Part shown: positions 21,001 to 30,134 of the stretch, piece by piece | Numbering within the stretch: the stretch's first letter is position 1 | Layout: each line of letters opens with the position of its first letter | Origin: Bdellovibrionota bacterium | GTDB lineage: Bacteria; Bdellovibrionota_C; UBA2361; JBIKUX01 | NCBI GenBank assembly: GCA_044347345.1 | Contig: JBIKUX010000001.1 | Coordinates: 17,719 to 81,718, forward strand | Direction: 5' to 3' | Length of the DNA: 64,000 bases | Program-made: the position numbers and the translations under genes | The notes under the pieces: model-generated | The model's database searches: none | What the model saw: the letters and a program-made list of their open reading frames with translations, nothing else | What the model was told of the DNA's origin: nothing

Positions 21001-21525
21001 CTCTAGGTAACATCTGTCCGGAAAATGCTTTGCGTAAAACTCCATCAGCGAGCGAGCTGATTTGTAATCACCCCGCTCAACAGCGTGATTAAGCTCACCA
21101 GCTAGGCAGCCTGTAAGAATAATTAGACCACTCGAATATTGAGATAAAAGTTCATGATCAACTCTTGGCTTATAATAAAAGCCCTCCTTATAAGCTAAAC
21201 TAACTAGTCGACATAGATTTTGGTATCCCTCATAGCTTTGAGCTAAAACAGTTAGATGGAAGTTAGGCGATCCGCCCGCTTGCACGGAACGTCGGTCTAA
21301 GCGAGAACCCCCTGTTACGTAGAGTTCACAGCCAATTATAGGCTGAATGCCAACTTTTTTGGCTGTCTCATAAAACTCTATAGCACCATGAAGATTACCA
21401 TGGTCTGTCATCGCTATAGCGGGTTGACCGAGAGAGAAAGCTCGTTCAACGATATCTTTTATTTTGTTGGCTCCGTCTAGAAGACTGTATTGAGTATGAA
21501 GATGAAGATGACAAAACGACCCCAT
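18064..21525 (-). CDS. dnaE: DNA polymerase III alpha subunit (DnaE1 type)
   Basis: HLHLHTQYSLLDG, GPGRGSAAGS, FERFLNPDR, PDIDVDF, KFDFLGL, YQEQ, YGFNRSHS, C-terminal OB fold; no intein-sized insert. Confidence 0.97.
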   Translation of the reverse strand: MGSFCHLHLHTQYSLLDGANKIKDIVERAFSLGQPAIAMTDHGNLHGAIEFYETAKKVGIQPIIGCELYVTGGSRLDRRSVQAGGSPNFHLTVLAQSYEGYQNLCRLVSLAYKEGFYYKPRVDHELLSQYSSGLIILTGCLAGELNHAVERGDYKSARSLMEFYAKHFPDRCYLEIQPHPISEQRRLNQACFELSRDLGIPLIATTDCHYCNRDDHYAQEVLMCIATGKTVLDPNRIRHENITLFLKSCDEMREEFADFPQIEESLSNSVAIANKCSLDFDFNRYYMPRFSESSDNEHDELMAKQARSGLDRRMVSGIPKDRTIEEYRDRLELEIALIQKMGFSSYFLVVSDFIVWAKENGVPVGPGRGSAAGSLVAYAMRITDVDPIVNKLLFERFLNPDRISLPDIDVDFCIFGRERVLRYVSEKYGKDRVAQIATFGTLKAKAAVKDVGRALGKPYAEMDRIAQLIPAPRQGFDYPLSEALRMEPRLKEYAEGEGKELISLALKLEGLTRHSSTHAAGVVIGDRPLTELLPMMEDKDGNDVTQYAMSYVEKVGLVKFDFLGLKTLSVLHEAVKLVNETKGQKLQLEHLPLEDSKTYSLVSSGNTVGVFQLESTGITEMTIRLKPSCFDDLVAILALYRPGPLDAGMVDHYIERKHGREPVTYLHPLMESVLSDTYGIILYQEQIMQLARDLAGYSLAEADMLRRAMGKKKPEEMAKQKERFVAGACERDISISLAEDIFGQMETFARYGFNRSHSVAYALISFQTAYLKAHYPVEFMTALMTFEMSDSDKTLKNLNECRNQGIAILPPSINHSGASFRVEQGGIRYGLEAIKGVGEKVVQAILSQREQTGSFSSYENFLEGADLRAINKRAFECLIKSGAFDDFGKTRRDLFEGLEESISLAQVHRRDAESSQMSLFGGQGEGSALALTLRTSNLSEWSLKVKLAFEKEALGFYISGHPLERYKKDIPRLGLRTTAQVREGEPRDKVSIGGMVTALKLKNTKKGGRYASFLLEDYDGTIESVVWPDIYQQVHQLLGSEEPIIVQGKAEISEERTALIVENIELFAAVRSRSSRIGRLELRETDPPEVLSALAQLFAKYQGTCSVLVIGDFLGKGRSLVLRNGLETIRVEASEALIEESEQLLGRSALFFY

Positions 21526-21675
21526 AACAAAAAACTACTTAAATCTAAGAGATGAAACTAGATACTACTACAGAAACTTTTTTGTTAAAAAGGAGGCCGT
21601 GATGTTTCACTAACCACAGATACTTATTTTACCCGTGAGGTTTAACTTACCGAATGCTATTTACCGACTTAAAGG

Positions 21676-22470
21676 TTATGTGGTTATTCTCTTTACAAGC
21701 TCTTGTATTCCTGAAAATCCGGCAGAGCTTAGCTTTACCTTAGAGCTTCTGCTTCCCACCTGAGCTAAGGCGTTAGCGTTTGAAAAACTAAAGAGTGAAA
21801 ACTTAAGGTTAGGCCATTTTCGAGAAAAAAACCTGGCAGAGTCTCCATAAGATAAATCAAAAGCCCTGAAACCATATCTTTCAACCAAAAACGGCAAGGT
21901 AGCCAGACGATTAGGAGTCTTATCTATTCTGCTCGGGAAAATCGCCCCACCACGCTCTTCAACCTCATTTACAATAGAATCAAAAGGACGTGGTACAATG
22001 AAATCATCGTTAAACGCGGCCTCTGGAGGAACTCCTAATGCAGTTAAGAACTCAGATACATTTTCAGCTGCTCTATTTTCTGAAAACAAGCATGTAACAA
22101 TCAAGTTATCACAGTTGTTTAGGGAGGTACGGAGCTCAACTCCTGGAATAACGGTTAATTGTGTCCCACGCGCCGCGTTTATTATGGAGTCCAGAGAAAA
22201 TCCGGTATTACGATCAGTTACAGCAATGATATCTATACCTTTAACAATTGCGAGTCGTACTAGTGCAGGAGCAGCTTGCAATCCTGACAAGGGAGAATTG
22301 CCTATTAAAGATAATGGAGTCCTTACTTTCAGATCCAAAACGTAACTTTTAAGTCGAGATTTTGATATCTCAATTTTCTTGACTAGCAAATCTTCTTCAA
22401 CAGTACCAGCAACTCGAACATCATTGTTTGGTTTCGAAATATTGGTTGACTTAGCCTGTTCAGTAGTCAT
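21676..22470 (-). CDS. Stand-alone PHP-fold protein lacking metal-binding histidines
   Basis: PHP motif scaffold DLKVRTP / IAVTDRN / IPGVEL / GGAIFPSRID / SNANALAQVG versus canonical DLHxHT / ITDHN / PGxE / AH / SDAH. Confidence 0.75.
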   Translation of the reverse strand: MTTEQAKSTNISKPNNDVRVAGTVEEDLLVKKIEISKSRLKSYVLDLKVRTPLSLIGNSPLSGLQAAPALVRLAIVKGIDIIAVTDRNTGFSLDSIINAARGTQLTVIPGVELRTSLNNCDNLIVTCLFSENRAAENVSEFLTALGVPPEAAFNDDFIVPRPFDSIVNEVEERGGAIFPSRIDKTPNRLATLPFLVERYGFRAFDLSYGDSARFFSRKWPNLKFSLFSFSNANALAQVGSRSSKVKLSSAGFSGIQELVKRITT

Positions 22471-22750
22471 GTTGCAAAAAAACGCTCCATCTATTGCACA
22501 CTTTTTTACCGTCGCAGTAACTTTTAATCTAAAAAAGTCCCCGCCCCTTCTATTAGAAGCCTAATAAAGCTGCAAAGATTCCAAGCCAATCAATTAATTA
22601 ACAAAAAAATTAAAAAAATGGTTGTTGATATTTTAAATCCTAACCTTTGATGCTTGGGCTATCCCACCGTAACCTGTAAATTATAAGGAAACTAAACTTT
22701 TCAGCCTTCAGACGATTTAATACTGAAAAGATTTGAAGCGAGTACACTTT

Positions 22751-24997
22751 ATGGATCAGGCCACACGCGAAATACTTTGGAATGTTTCTCATCCAATTCA
22801 TTCGATTTTAATGTACGCACTTCTTCTGCTAGCGATAGCTGTAGGGGCTATTGGAGTTTTTAGAAAGGGCGAAATAATCCTAGGTGGTAAATCGTCACCC
22901 CAGTCGCCAAAGAGCTTTCTAAAGCGGCTTAGATCATTTTACCGAGAAGCGGTATTTCAACGTAGTACCAATAGAGACTCTCAAGCCATTCTTTTTCATT
23001 CTCTCATTTACCTTGGTTTCTTAGTTTTACTTTTTACCACCACAATGGTGTTTATAGACCATGATTTGGGATGGAAAATTTATCGAGGTAAGTTCTATTT
23101 AGCGATTACAATACTTAGCGATCTATTCGGATTGGGACTTGCCGCAGGAGTATTAGTAGCCGCACATCGAAGATATATTCAAAGACCAAGCAAACTACAC
23201 AATGAATGGGGTGATGCTTTACTCCTGTTTACTCTCCTAGCATTAGTCTTTCAGGGGTATGCATTAGAGGGATTAAGAATTTTTGTTACAAGTGACCCTT
23301 GGAAGTGGTATTCACCAATAGGAGCTCTTACATCACAGTTATTTTGGCCTCTCAGCGACTCATCAGCTCTGACAATGCACCGCAGTATATGGTGGATGCA
23401 TACGTTAACAGTATACGCAGTAGTCGCTTTGTCTCCTTACACCAAATACTTTCACTTAATAGCTAGCGCCGCAAATCTCTATTTTAGACCAGAAAGAGGG
23501 CCAAAGGGTCAACTTCTCCCGATAGGGGATCTAGAGACCTTACTAGAAAAAGACGATGCTTTATCTCTCGGTTATGAATCTATTAACAATTATTCCTGGA
23601 AGCATCTCTTAGATTTAGCGGCATGCACTAGTTGTGGCAGATGCCAAACAGTCTGCCCCGCCTATATTTCAGGAAAACCGTTATCTCCAAAATGGTTAAT
23701 ATTAAATACTCGCAACCACTCGCTTGCTCTTGAGGCAGAAGGTTTAACACAGACAGAGTCACTGCTTCCAAAACAAATTACTAAACTTGATAATTGGCTT
23801 GGTCGTAACATCGGATTAAGTAGTATCGGGGTACAAAAGATTTCTCAACAAAATTCGGACCAGGCTTTTTATCAAGGAGGAATGATAAAAGAAACTAGCG
23901 AACCGGTAAGATCCTCCTTGTTACAGTTGGGTGGAGATACCAATGCTCGAATAGCCGGAATGGTAATGGATCCTAATGTATTTTGGTCCTGCACAACTTG
24001 TATGGCATGTGTTGAAGCATGCCCGGTAGGTATAAACCAAGTCGATCATATCATCGAAAATAGACGCAATATGGTGATGATGCACGGCGATATTCCCTCG
24101 GAAGCTCAAGCCACCCTACGAGCACTTGAAACTAGGGGTAATCCTTTTGGTGCTCCTCAAGACCGTATTAAATGGGCTGATGGACTAAACGTACCAATAG
24201 TAACTCGAGGTGATAAAGTTGATGTTCTCTACTGGGTTGGTTGTATCTCTGCTTATGATAAACGTAAACAAAAAATCGCTCGAGCGATGGTCGAGATTCT
24301 AAATAGTTCGGGAATCTCTTACGGTATTTTAGGTGAAGCTGAGTGTTGCACAGGAGATCCAGCGCGAAGATTAGGTGAAGAAAACCTCTTTCAAACATTA
24401 GCAAAACAAAACACAGAAACATTAAGAGGGATTCGATGTCAGACGATCGTAGCAAATTGTCCTCACTGTTTTAATTCAATAAAGAATGAATACGGCGAAT
24501 TTGGTGGAATATCCCAAGACAACGACAAACAAATACCCCGAGTAATACATCACACCCAACTCATTAAAGAACTAATTGATACAGGTAAGATCAAAATATC
24601 TCTTGATAGTAATCAAGACGAGATAACATTCCATGATCCTTGCTATCTCGGACGTTACAATGATGAATATGAGGCACCACGAGAAACATTAGTTAAAATA
24701 GGCTCACAAATTAAAGAAATGTCCAGAAATAAAGAAAAAGGATTATGCTGCGGCGCTGGCGGTGGACACTTTTGGATGGATCTAAAGCTAGGTGAAAGAG
24801 TAAATTCCATTCGAGTAAATGAAGCGGCCAGTACTAATACAAATAAAATCGCTACCGGTTGCCCGTTTTGCCTACAAATGATGGAAGACGGCGTTAAAGC
24901 AACTGATAGAGAAGAATCGCTCAAGGTATTTGACATTGCTGAACTTGTAGCCGCTCGTCTAGCTACGAGGGCGTCGCAATCCGAAAAAACCTGCTAA
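22751..24997 (+). CDS. Membrane-bound Fe-S oxidoreductase, HdrD/FadF-like (TM domain + 2x[4Fe-4S] + 2 CCG domains)
   Basis: N-terminal TM helices; CTSCGRCQTVCP and CTTCMACVEACP; ECCTGD, CPHC, FHDPCYLGR, CCGAGGG, CPFC. Confidence 0.9.
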   Translation: MDQATREILWNVSHPIHSILMYALLLLAIAVGAIGVFRKGEIILGGKSSPQSPKSFLKRLRSFYREAVFQRSTNRDSQAILFHSLIYLGFLVLLFTTTMVFIDHDLGWKIYRGKFYLAITILSDLFGLGLAAGVLVAAHRRYIQRPSKLHNEWGDALLLFTLLALVFQGYALEGLRIFVTSDPWKWYSPIGALTSQLFWPLSDSSALTMHRSIWWMHTLTVYAVVALSPYTKYFHLIASAANLYFRPERGPKGQLLPIGDLETLLEKDDALSLGYESINNYSWKHLLDLAACTSCGRCQTVCPAYISGKPLSPKWLILNTRNHSLALEAEGLTQTESLLPKQITKLDNWLGRNIGLSSIGVQKISQQNSDQAFYQGGMIKETSEPVRSSLLQLGGDTNARIAGMVMDPNVFWSCTTCMACVEACPVGINQVDHIIENRRNMVMMHGDIPSEAQATLRALETRGNPFGAPQDRIKWADGLNVPIVTRGDKVDVLYWVGCISAYDKRKQKIARAMVEILNSSGISYGILGEAECCTGDPARRLGEENLFQTLAKQNTETLRGIRCQTIVANCPHCFNSIKNEYGEFGGISQDNDKQIPRVIHHTQLIKELIDTGKIKISLDSNQDEITFHDPCYLGRYNDEYEAPRETLVKIGSQIKEMSRNKEKGLCCGAGGGHFWMDLKLGERVNSIRVNEAASTNTNKIATGCPFCLQMMEDGVKATDREESLKVFDIAELVAARLATRASQSEKTC

Positions 24998-25876
24998 CGC
25001 AATAATCGCACCGATAATTCCGTAGCCACCTTCAACTCCATTTAAGGTGAACTTACTATTTTCTAATCCCCACCCTCCATTACTTACCAATGGATCAGTA
25101 ATCTTAACCTCTTCTTTTTGCTCATTTGCGGGGTAATCCCATGATAACAAGGAATCGAGACCAACAGATGACTTCTCAGTATTTGTAACTATTTCTGGAA
25201 CAAGTGGAGCTCCTGTTAGCGAGAATGATTCAAAAATTGCTTTTCGCCAAACATCATGATGTTCGTATTGTCTCGTTTGATCGATATAAGTGAGAATATA
25301 ATATTCGTCATCAGAAGGTACCAAAGCGACTAATGCTGTAAATAATTCAGCTTTTGCCAAAAATTTAAGATGAATTACGGGAGACTTTCCAACTGCACCA
25401 GGAAAATTTCTCCAAAAAGAGCGCACAAGCCCCACCTGATCAAGACCAAGAGAGCGATATTCTCCTAAAACTCGTTCTGCTACCTGACTTAATGATTGAG
25501 AGTTAAAACTTCCGGCCTGACGAGTGACATTAAATGATGGATACCGAAACTTTTTTCCACTATCACGTCCATTAAACCTACTTTTTTTAAAACCACTGGA
25601 AAGAGCAACTATAACCTCAGAATAGTCTAATTGAGGATTACTATTTAACTCACTCGGGTAATAAAAACTTATCCCAGTAGACTTATCTGAAAATATTTGA
25701 AACTCAGCTACTACCTCAACTGGGCTAGCTAAACCAAATAAAACCAACACAACTGCAATGTAATTAGTGAGAAAAAAAAGCTGATATTTAAGACTCACGC
25801 TACGAAATCTCCAAAAAAATACAATCAGAACACTAAAAACAACAAAAAACCCCTGTAAAATGACCCTTCTCAACAT
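24959..25876 (-). CDS. Hypothetical membrane/periplasmic protein, PsbP-like pattern
   Basis: Start MLRRVILQG at 25876 preferred because the longer ORF runs into the HU promoter; FSDKSTGISFYYP and YYILTY...IFESFSL; C-terminal TM. Confidence 0.5.
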   Translation of the reverse strand: MLRRVILQGFFVVFSVLIVFFWRFRSVSLKYQLFFLTNYIAVVLVLFGLASPVEVVAEFQIFSDKSTGISFYYPSELNSNPQLDYSEVIVALSSGFKKSRFNGRDSGKKFRYPSFNVTRQAGSFNSQSLSQVAERVLGEYRSLGLDQVGLVRSFWRNFPGAVGKSPVIHLKFLAKAELFTALVALVPSDDEYYILTYIDQTRQYEHHDVWRKAIFESFSLTGAPLVPEIVTNTEKSSVGLDSLLSWDYPANEQKEEVKITDPLVSNGGWGLENSKFTLNGVEGGYGIIGAIIALAGFFGLRRPRS

Positions 25877-26115
25877 TTTTCGTGTTGATTCCTTTAAACA
25901 CTTCCTCCTATAGTGAACAAAGCTAACGCTAAACAACAGTGAAAACTGTAGTATTAAGCTAAGTGAGCTAAAAAGTACTAGCCTGACTGCGAAGATAATC
26001 GAGTAAGCTGCGCACAACTCGACGAGGGATAACAAGCCACATCGAGTCGAAGTGAATGGTAATCTGGATGACTAGCTCAGGCATAAAAGGTAAATGTTGC
26101 AAAAGGAATTTTTGT

Positions 26116-26625
26116 ATGGCAGCAAAAGCAGGGAAAAAACCGGCTAAAAAAATCGATAAAAAGAAATCAACTCCGGCAAAGGCAGCTCCTAAAAAGAGTA
26201 AAGTAGCGAAAGCCGCAAAGCCAGCGCCAAAGAAAAAACCATCAACAACAACTGCGACGACAAAAACGTCAGCACGTGTTGTGAGTGCAGATGCTAGCGA
26301 AACAAAAAAAAGTCGCCAAATAAATAAGCCACGAAGTTCGAGTGGAACATACACTCAGTCGGAATTTATTGAGCATCTTTGCGCTTTTTGCGGGCTCTCA
26401 AAAAAGAGCGAAGCAAGAGAACTTGTTCACGATATTTCGGCTCTTGTAACTGAGAGTCTAAAGAAAGGTTATAAACTTCCTCTGTTTGGTTTAGGTAAAC
26501 TATTTGTTAGAAAATCCGATGCCAGAAAAGGAAGAAATCCAGCTACTGGAGAAGAAATAACAATTCCAGCTAGAAAAAGAGTTCGTTTCACACCAGCGAA
26601 AGCACTAAAAGATTCGGTATTATAA
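26116..26625 (+). CDS. HU-family DNA-binding protein with Lys/Ala-rich N-terminal extension
   Basis: C-terminal HU domain (LFGLGKL, ARKGRNPATGEEITIPARKRVRFTPAKALKD); AAGGA RBS before ATG at 26116. Confidence 0.9.
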   Translation: MAAKAGKKPAKKIDKKKSTPAKAAPKKSKVAKAAKPAPKKKPSTTTATTKTSARVVSADASETKKSRQINKPRSSSGTYTQSEFIEHLCAFCGLSKKSEARELVHDISALVTESLKKGYKLPLFGLGKLFVRKSDARKGRNPATGEEITIPARKRVRFTPAKALKDSVL

Positions 26626-26672
26626 CTTTGAATATTTTAGTTCTGAATTAGAATCTTAGTACAATTTTTTAT

Positions 26673-26731
26673 GTTGGCCGTAAAAAGCTTTTGCAGGCTC
26701 TGTCTAAAAAGCAAGGTTTTTCACGGCCAAC
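26673..26731. terminator. Imperfect inverted repeat between convergent HU and nuoN genes (candidate terminator)
   Basis: GTTGGCCGT...ACGGCCAAC outer stem extended by AAAAA/TTTTT. Confidence 0.55.
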
Positions 26732-26758
26732 TACAGTAAGCAAAATTAAAAAAGCTGA

Positions 26759-28471
26759 TCAGAAATTAGCCATTATCAAAACGAGCTGTTGATATAAAGG
26801 TGAAGGATATAATCCAAGACCAATAACTAGTACGCTACATAAAAATATAATAGTCACAAGGCTAGCATATTTTAGGCTCGAACCAGCTCCACTAGTACCA
26901 TATGTATCTCCACCGATACTATTACCGATATAAACATTAGTTGCATTATTACTATAAAGGAGTGTTTCGTCACTGCGAGGGATATCACTGCGAGGGATAT
27001 CACTGCGAGGGATATCACTGCGAGGGATATCACTGCGAGGGATGTAAAAATACATCTCAACTATAAAGCGTAAATAATAATAGCAAGAGATGGCGGAACC
27101 AATCAAAGCTATTATTACTAAGCCAAGGTACGAACCGTGAACAGAAGCACTAAGTAAATAAATTTTCCCAGTCATTCCTGCCATACCTGGTGGTAGCCCA
27201 GCAAGAGCAAAAAGAAATACTGAAAATGACGCCGCAATAAATGGTGTCCGGTATCCTAAACCTCTAAAAGCAGAGATATCAAAACGGCTTATTCCCTTTA
27301 CTCTATTACCTTCATCTTCCCTAATCTGGACTTCGACCGAGGGTACTGCAAACTTCTGATCATGACCAAGAAATAAAAGAACCGCAAAGGCCCCTAGAGT
27401 CATAGCAGAATAGCTAACCAAATAAAAAAGCATTGCCGCGCCACCTTGTAGCTCATCAAGTGGAAGCAATAATCCCATCAACAAGTACCCGGCATGAGAT
27501 ATACTTGAATAAGCCAACATACGCTTAGCATCGCGCTGTCTCATGGCAACAATATTACCAAATATGATTGTCGCCGCTGATACAGTCCATAAAGGACCTA
27601 TCCAGAGGTCTGGTACTTGTCCTAATGTTATCCAAAAAAGGCGCAAAGCAGCCACAATCGATGCGCTCTTGATAACCGTGGCCATGAAGGCAGTTACTAT
27701 AGTGGGGGCTCCGTCATAAACATCGGCTACCCAAAAATGTAGTGGTACGCCACCAATTTTAAAAATAATACCGAGGAACAAGCATCCTACAGCAAATGCC
27801 ACAATGGGAGCTTCAGTTCCACCCAAATTAGTGCTTATATCGCCTACAATCGTGGAACCCGTTAAGCCATATAAAAGAACAATACCAAATAAGAAAAAAG
27901 CTGAACTATAAGAGCCTAGCAAAAAGTATTTAAGAGCTGACTCAGATGATAGCCTCTCTGATAAAGTTAGTTTACGGGAAAGAGAAGAACCACATAAAGC
28001 GTATAGAGCTAGCGACATAATCTCTAACCCTAAAAATAATGTCATTAACTCTGTTGCAGATGAAAAAAGCACTGCTCCAAACAAAGATAAAAGGAATAAA
28101 ACGCATACCTCACTGTGTGAAACTACGCCGTCTTTATTTTGGCCATCTGTCCTCAGTAGAAAGGAGCATAAAAAACTAACTCCGATTAATAGAGAAGAAG
28201 AGAAGCCACTTAAAGTATCAACAGCTAAAAAACCACCAAAAATGGTCTTGCCAGATTGAGCAAACATCCCAGAGTAAGCAACAGATATGTAGACTGAGAT
28301 ACTAAACGCAACAAATAGAGTTATCTTGGTTGTTAAAACACTTAAAGACTTAAGTTTAACAAACCCCTCACAAATTAATAACACTAAAGCTCCAACAGCA
28401 AGACAGATCAAGGGACTCGCCAACAACATCTGTGAAGCGAGTGATGTAGCTGTAGATACCGAACTATTCAT
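26759..28471 (-). CDS. nuoN: NADH-quinone oxidoreductase subunit N
   Basis: LFLGLEIMSL, ESALKYFLLG, FKIGGVPLHFWVADVYDGAP, KRMLAYSSISHAGY; carries an IPRSD repeat insert. Confidence 0.93.
   Translation of the reverse strand: MNSSVSTATSLASQMLLASPLICLAVGALVLLICEGFVKLKSLSVLTTKITLFVAFSISVYISVAYSGMFAQSGKTIFGGFLAVDTLSGFSSSLLIGVSFLCSFLLRTDGQNKDGVVSHSEVCVLFLLSLFGAVLFSSATELMTLFLGLEIMSLALYALCGSSLSRKLTLSERLSSESALKYFLLGSYSSAFFLFGIVLLYGLTGSTIVGDISTNLGGTEAPIVAFAVGCLFLGIIFKIGGVPLHFWVADVYDGAPTIVTAFMATVIKSASIVAALRLFWITLGQVPDLWIGPLWTVSAATIIFGNIVAMRQRDAKRMLAYSSISHAGYLLMGLLLPLDELQGGAAMLFYLVSYSAMTLGAFAVLLFLGHDQKFAVPSVEVQIREDEGNRVKGISRFDISAFRGLGYRTPFIAASFSVFLFALAGLPPGMAGMTGKIYLLSASVHGSYLGLVIIALIGSAISCYYYLRFIVEMYFYIPRSDIPRSDIPRSDIPRSDIPRSDETLLYSNNATNVYIGNSIGGDTYGTSGAGSSLKYASLVTIIFLCSVLVIGLGLYPSPLYQQLVLIMANF
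26970..27043. repeat. In-frame 15-bp tandem repeat x5 inside nuoN
   Basis: (TCACTGCGAGGGATA)x5 with the last copy 14 bp; encodes (IPRSD)x5. Confidence 0.95.
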
Positions 28472-28472
28472 G

Positions 28473-30116
28473 TTATTTACTCTCACTTCCTGAGACTAAA
28501 GACGATATAAAACTAACCGGCCGTGCCACAAAATCGATATCATCTCCATGTCCTCGCTGGTTTCTATCGAGATATCTATCATACCTATCTAATACCCTTC
28601 CACGACGCTCTGTTGCTTTAATTAATACATTTACTGAAGGACGAACGACATCAATTAAATATTGAGGAAAACATCCAATAAAAATTACCAAAAAAATTAC
28701 CGGCACTATCCCAGTAATCTCTACGACACTTATATCAAAGGAACTTCCGCTCCTAGTATTGACTGCTTCTATATGCTGAACTCGCCTCGGGCCAAACATT
28801 ACGGCCTTATAAAGATGTAGCATGTATACAGCACTGAGAATAACTCCCATTAAAGCTAATCCAACTAGAACTGGATACTGATTAAAAGCGCCCCCTAAAA
28901 TCAAAAACTCTCCCACAAAACTACTCGTAAATGGAAGAGAAACAGCAGCCAATGTGACTAGCATCAACATAACTGCCGCAAGAGGCATCTGCCCTGATAA
29001 ACCTCCAAAAGATACCAGATCGCGTGATCCAACTCTCTCAATCAACATGCCTGCAATAAGAAATAATGCGGCAGTTGTAAGTCCATGGCTTACCATCTGA
29101 ACCATTAACCCAGTAGTAGATACCCCATTTAAAACTACGGCTCCTAGTACACAGAAACCAAGATGAGAAATCGAAGAAAATGAGATAAGTCGAACGAAAT
29201 CAGTTTGTATCCAAGCAATCAAGGCTCCGTAAATTATCCCCATCACAGCAAGCACAGCAAGCACATCCGCCCAAGCGGCTCCACCAAGCGGAAAAAGTGG
29301 AAGGGCGAATCTTACCAAACCGTACAGACCCATTTTTGAAAGCACACCAGCGAGAAAAGCTGCAACAGGAGGAGATGCTGCTGAGTAAGTTGTTGGTAGC
29401 CAAGTATGAAAAGGAAACAGCGGAATCTTTACTGCCATTGCAAGAGCAAACGCACCGTAAAGCCACCACTGCTCAACGCTTGTAAGACGAACGTTTAATA
29501 GATCTCTAAATAAAAAAGAAACCTCTCCACTCTGGTCGGCGTAAGTCCATACTGTGTAAAGGATAGCGACCAACATAAAGATACTACCGCCTACAGTGTA
29601 GACTAAGAACTTTTGAGTGGCTCGGAGCTTGTCTCCTTCACCCCATATACCTATTAAGAAATAAGCGGGAATAAGCATAAGCTCCCACGCTAAATAAAAA
29701 AGAAAGAGATCAAGTGCCAATATCGCAGCTACTACTGAGCCCTCTAAACAAAGAAAAGCTGCGAAGTAATCACGTTGATAGCGAATTGATGGAGAACTGA
29801 CCAGTAATATAATTGGCGTAAGAAATACGGTAAGTAAAAGTAAACTTAAACTTATCCCGTCTATCCCAAGGGCGTACCACACCCCTATCTCTTCAATCCA
29901 CCTAAACTGCTCTGTTAATTGCAACCCACCATCACCAACCGTAAATCGCGCAGCGACCCCTAGACTTAACCCTAACTCAATAAAAGTAACAACTAGAGTT
30001 AACCAGAAGCTAACTCGTGAGCCTTGCCCCTTGGGAAAAAGATACAACAAAAGTGCTCCTATGAAAGGAGTCCATACAAGAGCACTTAGGAATGGGAGTG
30101 AATTGGAAGCGTTCAA
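28473..30116 (-). CDS. nuoM: NADH-quinone oxidoreductase subunit M
   Basis: LGIDGISL, DLFLFYLAWELMLIP, KIPLFPFHTWLP, KMGLYG, SHG, FVGEFLIL. Confidence 0.94.
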   Translation of the reverse strand: MNASNSLPFLSALVWTPFIGALLLYLFPKGQGSRVSFWLTLVVTFIELGLSLGVAARFTVGDGGLQLTEQFRWIEEIGVWYALGIDGISLSLLLLTVFLTPIILLVSSPSIRYQRDYFAAFLCLEGSVVAAILALDLFLFYLAWELMLIPAYFLIGIWGEGDKLRATQKFLVYTVGGSIFMLVAILYTVWTYADQSGEVSFLFRDLLNVRLTSVEQWWLYGAFALAMAVKIPLFPFHTWLPTTYSAASPPVAAFLAGVLSKMGLYGLVRFALPLFPLGGAAWADVLAVLAVMGIIYGALIAWIQTDFVRLISFSSISHLGFCVLGAVVLNGVSTTGLMVQMVSHGLTTAALFLIAGMLIERVGSRDLVSFGGLSGQMPLAAVMLMLVTLAAVSLPFTSSFVGEFLILGGAFNQYPVLVGLALMGVILSAVYMLHLYKAVMFGPRRVQHIEAVNTRSGSSFDISVVEITGIVPVIFLVIFIGCFPQYLIDVVRPSVNVLIKATERRGRVLDRYDRYLDRNQRGHGDDIDFVARPVSFISSLVSGSESK

Positions 30117-30134
30117 ACCAGGCCTTTTCCGTTT

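Noticed and set aside
18064-21525. Intein or split in dnaE
   Set aside because: 1153 aa is a normal length and the motifs are contiguous
25877-26115. Long N-terminal extensions of ORFs 24959..26035 and 26056..26625
   Set aside because: They run through the shared divergent promoter region; internal ATGs at 25876 and 26116 (the latter with an RBS) are more plausible
26872-27060. 62-aa ORF with (VISLA)n repeats
   Set aside because: Alternative reading frame of the 15-bp repeat inside nuoN
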